Below are positions 1 to 10,570 of a DNA stretch of 64,000 nt, piece after piece. Numbering within the stretch: the first letter of the stretch is position 1; each line of letters starts with the position of its first letter. The DNA comes from Diplonema japonicum (Eukaryota; Protista; Euglenozoa: Diplonemea): assembly GCA_964019335.1 (NCBI GenBank), contig OZ025699.1:372001-436000 (forward strand). The letters are read 5' to 3'. A program made the translations under genes and the position numbers. The notes under the pieces were generated by a model. It searched no databases and was not told the origin of the DNA. It saw nothing but the letters and a program-made list of their open reading frames with translations.

Positions 1-99
1 AAGTGTTCAGTCAAATGCTTCGCATGTCTGTTTCGCTTTTCAATTTCTTCTCTTTTCTTCTCACGTTCCCGTTCTTTCCTCTCCTTTTCTTTGTATTCT

Positions 100-1340
100 T
101 CAAATTCGACTCTTATGTCCTCTTCGCTGCTGTCTTCCTCTTCTCCGATAGCATGAATGGCATCCGCTAGCGCTGCATGTCGTTGAAATGAAGATGGAGT
201 GGGTGGCAGGAAGTGGCTGTCTGACTTCGGAGTGGCTGGTGCCACTGTTTCCGTTGTCTCGTTTGTTGTTGTTTGTTTTGATGATGTTTTTCCGTCTGCG
301 CTGAACGCTGCATGACGTGGGAATGATGTTGCAAGTAGAGGATGTGGGGTTGTTGTTGGGGATGCGTTCGTGGCTTGGGAGGGTGTCTTGGGTGCGGTTG
401 TCGTCTCGTTTCATATCCCCTTCTGTGGGGTGTGGTCCAGGACGTGGACTTCTACGGGCGGCTGCCGGTTCGGTGACTGCGACCTTCTCTCTTTTCGGAG
501 CTGCGCGAGTTTGCCCTCCGTCGCTTTCTTCACCATCTCCCTTCTCCCCTCCGCCTGCCTTTCATGGTCTACCCCCTCCTTGGGGTTCTTCATTTTTTCG
601 CTCGACCTTGCCCGTCCTTTCCGTTCCCCATCAGCTGACACTGTCCTCCTCCTCACTTCTGCTTTCGTCGTCTTTTTGTTGGTAGTTTTGTCACTTGCTT
701 TGGTTGTTCCGTGCTCGTTTCAAGGTCGATCTGTGGTGTCGCTGGAGAGTTTGGCTGAGGCTTCTCGACTTCTAGCCTTGTCAACAGCTTGATCATTCGC
801 TCTTCCAACTCTTGTTGACGTAGCTGCTGTGTTTTCATTTGATCGTTCTGCTGGTTCCATTGCTCCTTTTGTAGTCTTTGCCAGTTTTGTTGAATTCCCT
901 CTTGTTGTTCTTGCCAGCTGCGTTGTTGCTGTTCTTGCCACTGTGTCTGCCAGCCTTGTTGTTGTTGTTCCTGCCATTTTTCCAGTTGATTTTGCCAGAG
1001 CTGTTGCTGAACTCCTTGTCTTCGTTCTTGTTCTTGTTGCCACGCCTCTGCTTGCCTTTCTGTTTCTGTTGCCACTCCAGTAGGTTTTGTTGCTCCCATT
1101 CGAGGTCTTCTAGCACTACGGTCAGGTGTAGCGGGGTAGTGTTGTAGGGGAGTGGGTGGATGATCCACATCTTCGGGAGTGGTGCCTCTGTAGTCGTTGT
1201 CGTTGTCGTTGTCGTTTACGCAACCCAGGGGGACTTTCGTTTTCACCCATCGGGTGATCCGGCTGGGACCCCGTGGAGGTATCCCCGGGACACGTCTGCG
1301 CTGTTGCCGTTGCCATCTCTTGTGCCTGTTGCCCGCTCAT
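100..1340 (-). pseudogene. Frameshifted SL-headed ORF with Gln/Trp-rich coiled coil; retrocopy or retroelement ORF1-like
   Basis: First ATG (1340) lies 27 nt after the SL. Chained ORFs 1122-1340, 653-1246, 411-656 and 100-414 are in different frames. Contains WQEQQQ repeats. Confidence 0.5.
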
Positions 1341-1367
1341 TTTCTTGTCGTTTGTGTCCCACCCAGC

Positions 1368-1405
1368 CAATAAAGTACAGAAACTGTAGCTTTAGAATCG
1401 TTGGT
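1368..1405 (-). other. Genomic copy of euglenozoan (diplonemid-type) spliced-leader exon, 38 nt
   Basis: Minus strand reads ACCAACGATTCTAAAGCTACAGTTTCTGTACTTTATTG. The CAGTTTCTGTACTTTATTG 3' half is the conserved kinetoplastid/diplonemid SL end. It is followed by GCTGGG, not the SL-intron GT. Confidence 0.9.
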
Positions 1406-1479
1406 AGAATCTTAGGTTCGCAGCCAACCTTTTGGACGACTTGCTCTGAATCTCGCCGCTTCTACAATAAATGGGTTGA

Positions 1480-2854
1480 TTTCAAAAAAAAAAAAAAAAA
1501 ACCCCAAAATGAGGCCAATTGACACTTTCGTTGCATCTTTGGGCATGCCACTCCTCAAAAAAAGATATTTCTCCATATTTCAGAGCTCATATTTTGACCT
1601 ATGAAAAATTTAGTTTTAGGGTTAAAAATCGGGTTTTAGTGGTTTTTTTTGGTAAAGTCAGAGAGTATGCTTTCAATAGCAAGAAATACCTTGCCTCTAT
1701 CATACGCTGCGCACCGGTCCCGCGTATCTATGCAGTAGGTACTGCTCTACGAGGTCCGCTATCTCCGAGAACGCTTCGGTGGGCTTCTGTGCTGTAATGA
1801 ACTCACGGTATCTCGACTTCTGCATCAGAGACTCCGCGACTCCGGTGGATGCGGGACGGTGCTATTTTGACCTATGAAAAATTCAGAAAAATTCAGTTTT
1901 AGGGTCAAAAATCAGGTTTTAGTGGTTTTTTTGGTAAAGTCAGAGAGTATGCTTTCAATAGCAAGTGGAAACCTTCTTTTCCTAGTCTTCTGCGGCTGAC
2001 TGCTAGGCGGGCGACCTCGTTTCTACAGCATTTTGGGGGGGTTTTAAGAGGCTCATTGTTCGTAGGTGTACTTGGTGCTTTGGGCTTGTGTCGAGTATTT
2101 TTGTAATTTGGTTACTATTCTTTCTCGTTTTTCAAGTCCGGGAAGGCTATCAGGAACGTCCTCATACTCATCACAAGATTCATAGACTGGGGGCCTAAAG
2201 CCAAACACGAGAGAGCATACCAAAGTGGCTGTCCCTGCTGTTTTTGCCGTGTTTCCCCCCCAGAAACCGCAGGGGAAACGTCTGACCATGACATCATATA
2301 TGATAGACATAACGAAGACCAAAGAACAAAATAGCAAAATTCCTTTGCACGAAAGTGACGCCCACCGTCGGTCCAGAGGATCCACCCCAAGTCTTTTCCA
2401 ACAGTGCCCTTATTTCGTCGTGTGTGATGTGGTCAAGCCTCATCTGACCAATTGGCGCCGTGTGGTGTCTTGTTGGCTAAACCAAGCAGAAAATGATAGC
2501 AGAAGTGCCGCTAAAAGTTCCCCTTTACACACTACGCCACAAACTAGTGCAGCACAGTCGTTGCCACTGAGGTTCTCAAGAACATCTGTGGCGGGTGTCC
2601 TGATCGCCGAGGTGTTCCCATTTACCCTTTCTCGGTCCGAATACCATTTTTTAAAACCCTAGCTTCTCAACTGCAAGTTTAAAAGCATCCATTTTTTGTC
2701 ACCCCACTTAACACTCACTTTCCAATTTCCAGCGGCGTTTTTTTCCTAACCTGGGCCGGGAAAGTTGTAGAAATCTTTTTTTGGGAAAATGTACTTATGA
2801 AGTTATTGAATGTGTCAATCGGCCTCATTTTTTTTGGGGGGGTTTTTTTTGAAA
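1480..2854 (-). mobile_element. Decayed TIR DNA transposon with DDD/E transposase remnants (Sola-like)
   Basis: Imperfect inverted ends: 1480-1529 (..CCCCAAAATGAGGCCAATTGACAC) and 2808-2854. Minus-strand frameshifted motifs ILWTDGGRHF and HGKNSRDSHFGMLSR at about 2200-2385. Confidence 0.6.
1590..1963. repeat. Direct repeat of about 100 bp (1590-1683 and 1863-1963)
   Basis: TATTTTGACCTATGAAAAATT...GCTTTCAATAGCAAG occurs twice. Confidence 0.85.
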
Positions 2855-2935
2855 ACGATGCCAAATGAAGAACTACGTTACTGAGAAACTAGAAAGAACA
2901 TCGATTCTTGTAAAAGAAATGAAAGTCTACCGGTT

Positions 2936-5068
2936 TTATGTGAAGAATGACAAAGAACTCTCAAAGTCCTCAACCATGCTCGTCCCGCCAACCTTGTAAA
3001 CACAGAAGGTGTCAGTGGGACCCTGATGCGTTCCCTGTTTCTCGCCAAGAACTTCGTTGTCTTTGAGGTGGCCCTTTCCTGCCATCGTTCCGTAGTAACA
3101 GAACACGACGTCTTCCTTCGCTTTGGAACACAACTCGAAACACACATCAACACACTCCCCCAGAACCGCCACGAACTTCTGCCTCACACTCCCCACAGTC
3201 CCATGCCGAACCTCGCTCGTCGCCACCCCAATGTGGAGGTCGCACTGCATCGCGCTTCCTTGAAGCATCTCAACAAAGGCAAGGGAGTTCTCCACATGTG
3301 TTGTGCAGGAACGTGATGTGTTCCACCCAACAGCGACCCTGCTCCCCTGCAGAGACACGATCACCCCATGCGACCTCTCCGTGCACATCGCGATCCGGGA
3401 AAGCACCTCGTTCACCACAACTGCAACACCCTCCTTCATATGCACACGCATGTCCACCACCCCCACTGTCGCTGACAAGGTGTGATGAAGAGAAGCGTCC
3501 GCCGCCATCGGAGTGCTTCCTGCAGAATGAATAGAATCAATAGAGCGGGTGCAACTACTTCTGCTGACAATTGTATCCGTGTTGAACTTGTCCTTTCTGT
3601 CAGTCAGAGAGAGTTGTGATTTGACAAAGGCTTGCCTCCCTTGAAGGCTTCTGGGAAGGAGCAGGGAAGGGTTGATATGAGAAGTGATCCCCTTCAGGAC
3701 TGTCTCCCCCATCGGAAGAACACAGACAGACTCCAAATCCGGTCGCACCTCCCCCAACACCTCAGGAGTCACAGCCACAGCTCCCCCGACACACACCCCT
3801 TCCATCCGAGCCGCCTTGTTCACTGTCCCCCCGAAGTAGTCGTACCTCCCTGTCAGTTTGTTCAACTGAACATCAACATCACCACAGTGTACCCCAACAC
3901 GGACACGAAGCCCACACCACGGACCATCGCTGTCCAAAGCAAGGTGTTCCAAAGCCAGCAGTGCAGAAGGCCACACAGCAGAGACAAGCCCCTCTTGAAC
4001 AGAGAGCCCAAAGGAAACAGCATCAGAAGAGCTCTCAAAGGCGATCATGAAGGCATCACCAATGGTCTTCACCTCGTAACCGTTGTGCTCGGAAATGCAC
4101 TCCCGCATCACTGTGTTGTGCACACGAAGACCCTCCTTCATCCCCTCAGGGCACGCCTCCCATGTTGCCGTCGAGCCTTGGATGTCGGTGAAGACGATGG
4201 CGGAGCGGTTTGACTCGCTGCCAGGTGCGGTGACTGTGTCGGACCTGTAGCGCTCGGAGGGGGTAACCTCAACGAAGAGGGCATCAGGGAGGTAAGGGCG
4301 GTAGATGTGGAGGTTGTTGAGGATGTCGGTGAAGGCGGCATGGAGGGGAGGGGGGAGAGGAGAGGTGCCGATGATGGACTCTGCCTCAGTGAGGTCGAAG
4401 CGTGCCAGGTTGCCTGCAATGTGCTCAGCTGCAGTGATCACAGACTTCATGACTTCCTGCTCCGCGTGGAGAGATTTGGCAAAGCCACGGGTGAAGTAGA
4501 AGTCCAGGAGGAAGACCGAAATATTCCCAAAAAACATAGAAGCAGCATCATCAACAGGAATAGAGCAAGGGAGGGTGTCGCAGCCACAGTACCTTTCTCG
4601 TCGGGTTGCTTGTGAAGGGAGCTCGGCGAGGAAGAAGTCAGTGTCGAAGAGGCCGAAGCGGGATGACTTCTCGACAGCAAGAAGCAAGAGCCACGAAGTC
4701 AGAGTCATGATGAGAACTGCAGAGACGCGTGAAGGGAGCCGGCATACGAGTGCCACGTCGATGAGAATAACGAATTGTGCCCAAGCCCTTCCAATACCTT
4801 CTACCGATACAGTCCAATCAGTGAAAATGAAGTAGAGTGAAAACGTGTAAACCACAACCTCCAGAGCCAGCATGTTTAACCGCTTGGTCACAACAAGTCG
4901 CACTACAACAAGCGAATACACTAACATCGGTCCCAGTGATTTGAACCTTCCATTCAGGGCTAAAATCAAAGCTAAAATGAAAGCGGTAATAAAGCCAACA
5001 ATCACAATCTTCTTTGCCATCACCATAGCCGGGCTGTCATCAGGCAGAATGACATGCTTGAATATCAT
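2936..5068 (-). CDS. Multi-TM receptor-type adenylate cyclase (active class III domain plus degenerate second domain), copy 1
   Basis: Hydrophobic N-terminus; YRPYLP linker; FTDIQGST, EVKTIGDAF, YDYFG and VNKAARME motifs. Start placed at MIFKHVILP (preceded by CAG, matches paralogs); the ORF extends to 5215. Confidence 0.9.
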   Translation of the reverse strand: MIFKHVILPDDSPAMVMAKKIVIVGFITAFILALILALNGRFKSLGPMLVYSLVVVRLVVTKRLNMLALEVVVYTFSLYFIFTDWTVSVEGIGRAWAQFVILIDVALVCRLPSRVSAVLIMTLTSWLLLLAVEKSSRFGLFDTDFFLAELPSQATRRERYCGCDTLPCSIPVDDAASMFFGNISVFLLDFYFTRGFAKSLHAEQEVMKSVITAAEHIAGNLARFDLTEAESIIGTSPLPPPLHAAFTDILNNLHIYRPYLPDALFVEVTPSERYRSDTVTAPGSESNRSAIVFTDIQGSTATWEACPEGMKEGLRVHNTVMRECISEHNGYEVKTIGDAFMIAFESSSDAVSFGLSVQEGLVSAVWPSALLALEHLALDSDGPWCGLRVRVGVHCGDVDVQLNKLTGRYDYFGGTVNKAARMEGVCVGGAVAVTPEVLGEVRPDLESVCVLPMGETVLKGITSHINPSLLLPRSLQGRQAFVKSQLSLTDRKDKFNTDTIVSRSSCTRSIDSIHSAGSTPMAADASLHHTLSATVGVVDMRVHMKEGVAVVVNEVLSRIAMCTERSHGVIVSLQGSRVAVGWNTSRSCTTHVENSLAFVEMLQGSAMQCDLHIGVATSEVRHGTVGSVRQKFVAVLGECVDVCFELCSKAKEDVVFCYYGTMAGKGHLKDNEVLGEKQGTHQGPTDTFCVYKVGGTSMVEDFESSLSFFT

Positions 5069-5849
5069 CTGTGTATGAAAGTGCTGTGTATGAATATGAC
5101 CATTTTGTTGGAAGAAAATCGACATCTGTGAAGAATAAATCAAGTGAGGGAGGCCGTCCTCCGCACAAGCGCGAAGCAACGTGCAGGCACAGCCAGGGCC
5201 CGGGAAAGACACCAAGAATCTCTTCTGGAAGTAGCAAGGGCGATTTCTAAAGACGATCTCATGAAGCCAAAGCCGAGGTATCTTCTTTTGCTTTTTCTTG
5301 TGTAGAAACTAAGGGAAAAATACCGATGGAGGAAGCAACGTGCAGGCACAACAATGTCGGAGGTTACCGTGGACGGTGGAAAAAAAGTTAGTGGCTGCAT
5401 AAGGGAAATTGTGGTGGTTACAGTAAAAAGTGGAAAAAAAAGTTGGAGGTTGAAGGTGACGGTGGAAAAAAAGTTATTTGTTACCGTGGACGTTGTTTTT
5501 CTCTTTCTTTTCTTTTTGTAAATTCCACTTCTTTTTCGACCGCACCGGCTTAATGCCGTACACACAGAACGTGCGCAGCAAAATCTAAATAAGAAAAGTG
5601 CGTTCAAACTACGCAGCAAAATCTGGGAAAATGCGTACAGCCCCTTACAGGTACAGGGAACGGATGAGAGGGGCGAATGGGAGTGCGGCACAAAAACGGA
5701 TGGAAGAGAGGGTGGAAGGGCACATGCGATCCAAGTCTCTATCAGACGTTACTCTTCGTCATTGGGATCTAGAAGAGAACCTCTGCTGACTGCGTGCAGG
5801 TGACATTCCGTTTGTTGACAAGAACAGAACCATCCGTATTGAGCCCCCT

Positions 5850-6471
5850 GGGGTCCCTGTCCCTTTTGTCAGTCAGAGAGAGTTGTGATTCGACAAAGGC
5901 TTGCCTCCCTTGAAGGCTTCTGGGAAGGAGCAGGGAAGGGTTGATATGAGAAGTGATCCCCTTCAGGACCGTCGCCCCCATCGGAAGAACACAGACAGAC
6001 GCCAGATCCAGTTCCACCCCCTCCAACACCTCAGGAGTCACAGCCACAGCTCCCCCAACACACACCCCTTCCATCCGAGCCGCCTTGTTCACTGTCCCCC
6101 CGAAGTAGTCGTACCTCCCAGTCAGTGTGTTCAACTGAACATCAACATCACCACAGTGTACCCCAACACGGACACGAAGCCCACACCACGGACCATCGCT
6201 GTCCAAAGCAAGGTGTTCCAAAGCCAGCAGTGCAGAAGGCCACACAGCAGAGACAAGCCCCTCTTGAACAGAGAGCCCAAAGGAAACAGCATCAGAAGAG
6301 CTCTCAAAGGCGACCATGAAGGCATCACGCCTGGTAGAATAACATGCTTGAACACCATCTCTGAGAATAATGTTATGGACAAAGGGGGGCTTGTCCTTTA
6401 CAGGGGAGGGGAGGTCAAAGGGAAAATCACGCGAAACTAGGCCAAAAGATTGCGTCTTGCACATATGTGAC
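5850..6471 (-). pseudogene. Internally deleted adenylate cyclase copy
   Basis: 6336-6471 matches the 5' flank and start of copy 2 (9096-9231). It is joined out of frame to the DAFMVAF...SQLSLTD core; the TM region and second domain are missing. Confidence 0.85.
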
Positions 6472-6759
6472 ACTAAGTCGCAAAATACCACCTTAACCAC
6501 CCAAAAAGATCGCCCAAAACCCATTTCCCGGTCTAGGGTATAAGGCACACTGTAAGTCGTGTCTACTTTCACTGTTTGAGCAACTGAAGCGACTTCCGCT
6601 CGGGGCCGGACACAAAAAGCTTTGAGCGGAAGAATACGCTGACGATGGACAAGCCCAAAAAGGTAGCCATGTTCAATGCCATCCTCTGCACAGGAGAAGA
6701 AGATAATGAAAACTACTGCGGATTCGTGCACACATTCATCCTTAAGGAAACGGTCTCCG

Positions 6760-6975
6760 TTGCGAGGAACGCAATTCGCGACTATTCTTACGAAACGGCA
6801 TGTGCTGTATGATGTGCAATGTGCTATGTTCACCCTTACGAAGTTCAAGGAGTACTGAGCTCGAGGACGTGCCAGTGACACAGGGATGGCAGCAATGTAT
6901 TGAAACACAAAAATGAAGAAACTAAGTTACTGATACACTAGAAAGAAAGAAAGAACATCGATTCTTGTAAAAGAA
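6760..6975. repeat. Cyclase 3'-flank repeat (also 11533-11760; partial 2864-2920)
   Basis: GCGAGGAACGCAATTCGCGACT...CATCGATTCTTGTAAAAGAA is shared downstream of copies 2 and 3, and its last part downstream of copy 1. Confidence 0.8.
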
Positions 6976-7009
6976 GGTCGAACTTGTTCTATGTTAACAC
7001 AAAGAACTC

Positions 7010-9118
7010 TCAAAAGCCCTCAACCATGCTCGTCCCGCCAACCTTGTAAACACAGAAGGTGTCAGTGGGACCCTGATGCGTTCCCTGTTTCTCGCCAAGA
7101 ACTTCATTGTCTTTGAGGTGGCCCTTTCCTGCCATCGTTCCGTAGTAACAGAACACGACGTCTTCCTTCGCTTTGGAACACAACTCGAAACACACATCAA
7201 CACACTCCCCCAGAACCGCCACGAACTTCTGCCTCGCACTCCCCACAGTCCCATGCCGAACCTCGCTCGTCGCCACCCCAATGTGGAGGTCGCACTGCAT
7301 CGCGTTTCCTTGAAGCATCTCAACAAAGGCAAGGGAGTTCTCCACATGTGTTGTGCAGGAACGTGATGTGTTCCACCCAACAGCGACCCTGCTCCCCTGC
7401 AGCGACACGATCACCCCGTGCGACCTCTCCGTGCACATCGCGATCCGGGAAAGCACCTCGTTCACCACAACTGCAACACCCTCCATCATATGCACACGCA
7501 TGTCCACCACCCCCACTGTCGCTGACAAGGTGTGATGAAGAGAAGTGCTTGCCGCCATCGGAATGCTTCCTGCAGAATGAACAGAACGAATAGAGCGGGG
7601 TGAATTTCTGCTGACCACTGTATCTGTGCTGAGCCTACTGTCCCTTCTGTCAGTCAGAGAGAGTTGTGATTTGATAAATGCTTGCCTCCCTTGAAGGCTT
7701 CTGGGAAGGAGCAGGGAAGGGTTGATGTGAGAAGTGATCCCCTTCAGGACTGTCTCCCCCATCGGAAGAACACAGACAGACTCCAAATCCGGTCGCACCT
7801 CCCCCAACACCTCAGGAGTCACAGCCACAGCTCCCCCGACACAAACCCCTTCCATCCGAGCCGCCTTGTTCACTGTCCCCCCGAAGTAGTCGTACCTCCC
7901 AGTCAGTGTGTTCAACTGAACATCAACATCACCACAGTGTACCCCAACACGGACACGAAGCCCACACCACGGACCATCGCTGTCCAAAGCAAGGTGTTCC
8001 AAAGCCAGCAGTGCAGAAGGCCACACAGCAGAGACAAGCCCCTCTTGAACAGAGAGCCCAAAGGAAACAGCATCAGAAGAGCTCTCAAAGGCGACCATGA
8101 AGGCATCACCAATGGTCTTCACCTCGTAACCGTTGTGCTCGGAAATGCACTCCCGCATCACTGTGTTGTGCACACGAAGACCCTCCTTCATCCCCTCAGG
8201 GCACGCCTCCCATGTTGCCGTCGAGCCTTGGATGTCGGTGAAGACGATGGCGGAGCGGTTTGACTCGCTGCCAGGTGCGGTGGCTGTGTCGCACTTGGAG
8301 TGCTTCGATGGGGTAACCTCAACGAAGAGGGCATCAGGGAGGTAAGGGCGGTAGATGTGGAGGTTGTTGAGGATGTCGGTGAAGGCGGCATGGAGGGGAG
8401 GGGGGAGAGGAGAGGTGCCGATGATGGACTCTGCCTCAGTGAGGTCGAAACGTGCCAGGCTGCCTGCAATTTGCTCAGCTGCAGTGATCACAGACTTCAT
8501 CGCCTCCTGCTCAGTGAGGAGAGATTTGGCAAAGCCATGGGTGAAGTAGAAGTCCAGGAGGAAGACAGCAGTATTCCCAAAAAACACAGCAACAGAATCT
8601 TCAACAGGAATAGAGCAAGGGAGGGTGTCGCAGCCACAGAACCTTTCTCTTCGAGTTGCTTGTGAAGGGAGCTCGAAAAAGAAGAACTCGATGTCGAAGA
8701 GGCCGAAGCGGGATGACTTCTCAACAGCAAGAAACACGAACCACGAAGTCAGGAACATGATGAGAACTGCAGAGACGCGTGAAGGGAGCCGGCATACGAG
8801 TGCCACATCAATGAGAACAACGAACTGTGCCCAAATCCGCCCAATACCTTCTACCGTTGCAGTCAAATCAGCGAGTATGAAGTAGAGTGAATATATGTAA
8901 AGTACAGCTTCCAGAGCCAGCATGTTTAACCGCTTGGTCACAACAAGTCGCAACACAACAAGCGAATACGCTAATAACGGGGCCAGTATTCTGAACCTTC
9001 CTTTCGCATATAGCGCCAAAGCTAAAAGAAAAGAAGTCACAAACCCAAGTATTAAAAGCTTCTTTGTCATCACCATAGCCGGGCTGTCGTCCGGCAGAAT
9101 AACATGCTTGAACACCAT
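7010..9118 (-). CDS. Receptor-type adenylate cyclase, copy 2
   Basis: Same architecture and catalytic motifs. Start placed at MVFKHVILP; the ORF extends to 9142. Confidence 0.9.
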   Translation of the reverse strand: MVFKHVILPDDSPAMVMTKKLLILGFVTSFLLALALYAKGRFRILAPLLAYSLVVLRLVVTKRLNMLALEAVLYIYSLYFILADLTATVEGIGRIWAQFVVLIDVALVCRLPSRVSAVLIMFLTSWFVFLAVEKSSRFGLFDIEFFFFELPSQATRRERFCGCDTLPCSIPVEDSVAVFFGNTAVFLLDFYFTHGFAKSLLTEQEAMKSVITAAEQIAGSLARFDLTEAESIIGTSPLPPPLHAAFTDILNNLHIYRPYLPDALFVEVTPSKHSKCDTATAPGSESNRSAIVFTDIQGSTATWEACPEGMKEGLRVHNTVMRECISEHNGYEVKTIGDAFMVAFESSSDAVSFGLSVQEGLVSAVWPSALLALEHLALDSDGPWCGLRVRVGVHCGDVDVQLNTLTGRYDYFGGTVNKAARMEGVCVGGAVAVTPEVLGEVRPDLESVCVLPMGETVLKGITSHINPSLLLPRSLQGRQAFIKSQLSLTDRRDSRLSTDTVVSRNSPRSIRSVHSAGSIPMAASTSLHHTLSATVGVVDMRVHMMEGVAVVVNEVLSRIAMCTERSHGVIVSLQGSRVAVGWNTSRSCTTHVENSLAFVEMLQGNAMQCDLHIGVATSEVRHGTVGSARQKFVAVLGECVDVCFELCSKAKEDVVFCYYGTMAGKGHLKDNEVLGEKQGTHQGPTDTFCVYKVGGTSMVEGF

Positions 9119-9244
9119 CTCTGAGAATAATGTTATGGACAAAGGGGGGCTTGTCCTTTACAGGGGAGGGGGGGTCAAAGGGAAAATCACGCGAAACTAG
9201 GCCAAAAGATTGCGTCTTGCATATATGTGACAACCACCCAAAAA

Positions 9245-10227
9245 TATATATGACCCTCTTTTGCAACGGAAAATCCTCAGAAAATTTCTAAGTACAAAAG
9301 TAGTCCGACACCACTTTGTGTCCAGAATTGCGGTCTAAGTGTGTTCACCATATAGGTCACAATGCACGCCGTTTGTTTCATTTCTAAAACGCGCGTGCAA
9401 AAAAAATGCTTTTTAGAATGGTTTTTTTAGATTTTGGCATTCGGAAATTGTAAATGACCCAGGCTCTATATTTCTTTTTGTTTTCTTCAAATAGAAAGCG
9501 AGAAGAAATGGACGCAGATGGGAAATCTGTGAAACTTAAGGGGCCATTTTGGGTGGTTTGGTCTCTTTATCACAAATACTGCCATTTTGGCCTATTTTAG
9601 GCTACAATGCCCATTATAGGCTAAAATCCCTTAAGGCCCTTTAAAAGCAAACTTCTCAATTTTTAATTTGTCATGAGTAAGAAAAAAAATGACAAACCTC
9701 AGCAGATGGGTAGAGAATGCATGTTTGGCCCCAAAGATACCGATGTTGAGCAGGCAAGTGTTAAGAATTGGGTTTTCAGGAAATGGGCCTTTTAGGCCGA
9801 TTCCCTTAGGAACCCCTCGAAAAAGCAAAAAATAGGGCTAAAAAACCGGTTTTTTGAGGGCTATGCAACGCCATATATTTTTCGCTAGTAACCCGACCCT
9901 GGGTTGTACCCAGGGGTCACAAAGGTGTGTGTTCACCACTTTTATGCCACCCTAGGTGCTGCATTTCAAGCCTTTAAACTGCATTTTAAACATTTTTCGT
10001 CGTTTTTCTGACCTCTGTTTTCGCTTCCCGGGGGCAGCCGGTTGCAAAGCCTGCCACCTTCATGGCAAAACAAGCATCGCAATTGAAAGAACGGCAACAG
10101 GTACACCATATATGACATCTTCCTATGGTTGCATGCTGCCCTTTTTTTGCTCAAATAATCAAAACGAGAAATTTTCGGAGGTGCCCAAAAAAGTGTTGAC
10201 ATTCTTTTTTCGGACGAGCTCATATAT
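9245..10227. mobile_element. Non-autonomous TIR element, long version of the 52045-52288 MITE
   Basis: 9260-9366 and 10074-10225 match the two halves of 52095-52288. Right end is TCGGACGAGCTCATAT. Confidence 0.65.
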
Positions 10228-10570
10228 GAGTTAAAGGAAGTCTTTGTGAGACGCCCCCTTGTTCTCTTATTCTACCTGCACCTATCACCTTTCAGCAGCG
10301 GCTTCTCCCGTTGTTGCACTTCTTTGGCCTTTTCACTCCCACAGTGCGTGCTCCAGCATGTTAGGCAGTTGTTGCTCTTGACGCAGATGTCGCAGTGTGC
10401 CGTTGTGGGTTCGGCTTGCTTTAGCCTTAAGCCTCTTGCTTCCTCGCCTCTGTCATCGGCCATTTTTCGGTGTCCTGTCCCTCCTCTTCTTCTTCTTCTT
10501 GATCATCTTAGCCTCGTCTTCATCCTCGTCTTCTTCTCCATGGACTCCTCGATGTTGAGCAGAGTAGAAA
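10222..10570 (-). mobile_element. Internally deleted LINE-like 3' fragment
   Basis: Acidic patch, frameshifted CDIC..NMLEHALWE zinc knuckle, EKPLLKGDRCR* and a 3' UTR nearly identical to 41178-41260. Confidence 0.75.

Noticed and set aside
1352-1369. TGG-starting LTR primer-binding site
   Set aside because: The TG belongs to the SL 3' end; no LTR seen.
1368-1405. Functional SL RNA gene
   Set aside because: No GT donor or SL intron after the exon, and no tandem array.
3632-4213. Conserved antisense ORF repeated in each cyclase
   Set aside because: By-product of near-identical cyclase DNA.
5769-6908. 379-aa ORF as a real soluble cyclase
   Set aside because: Chimeric read-through of flank sequence; lacks the first metal Asp and the EVKT motif.
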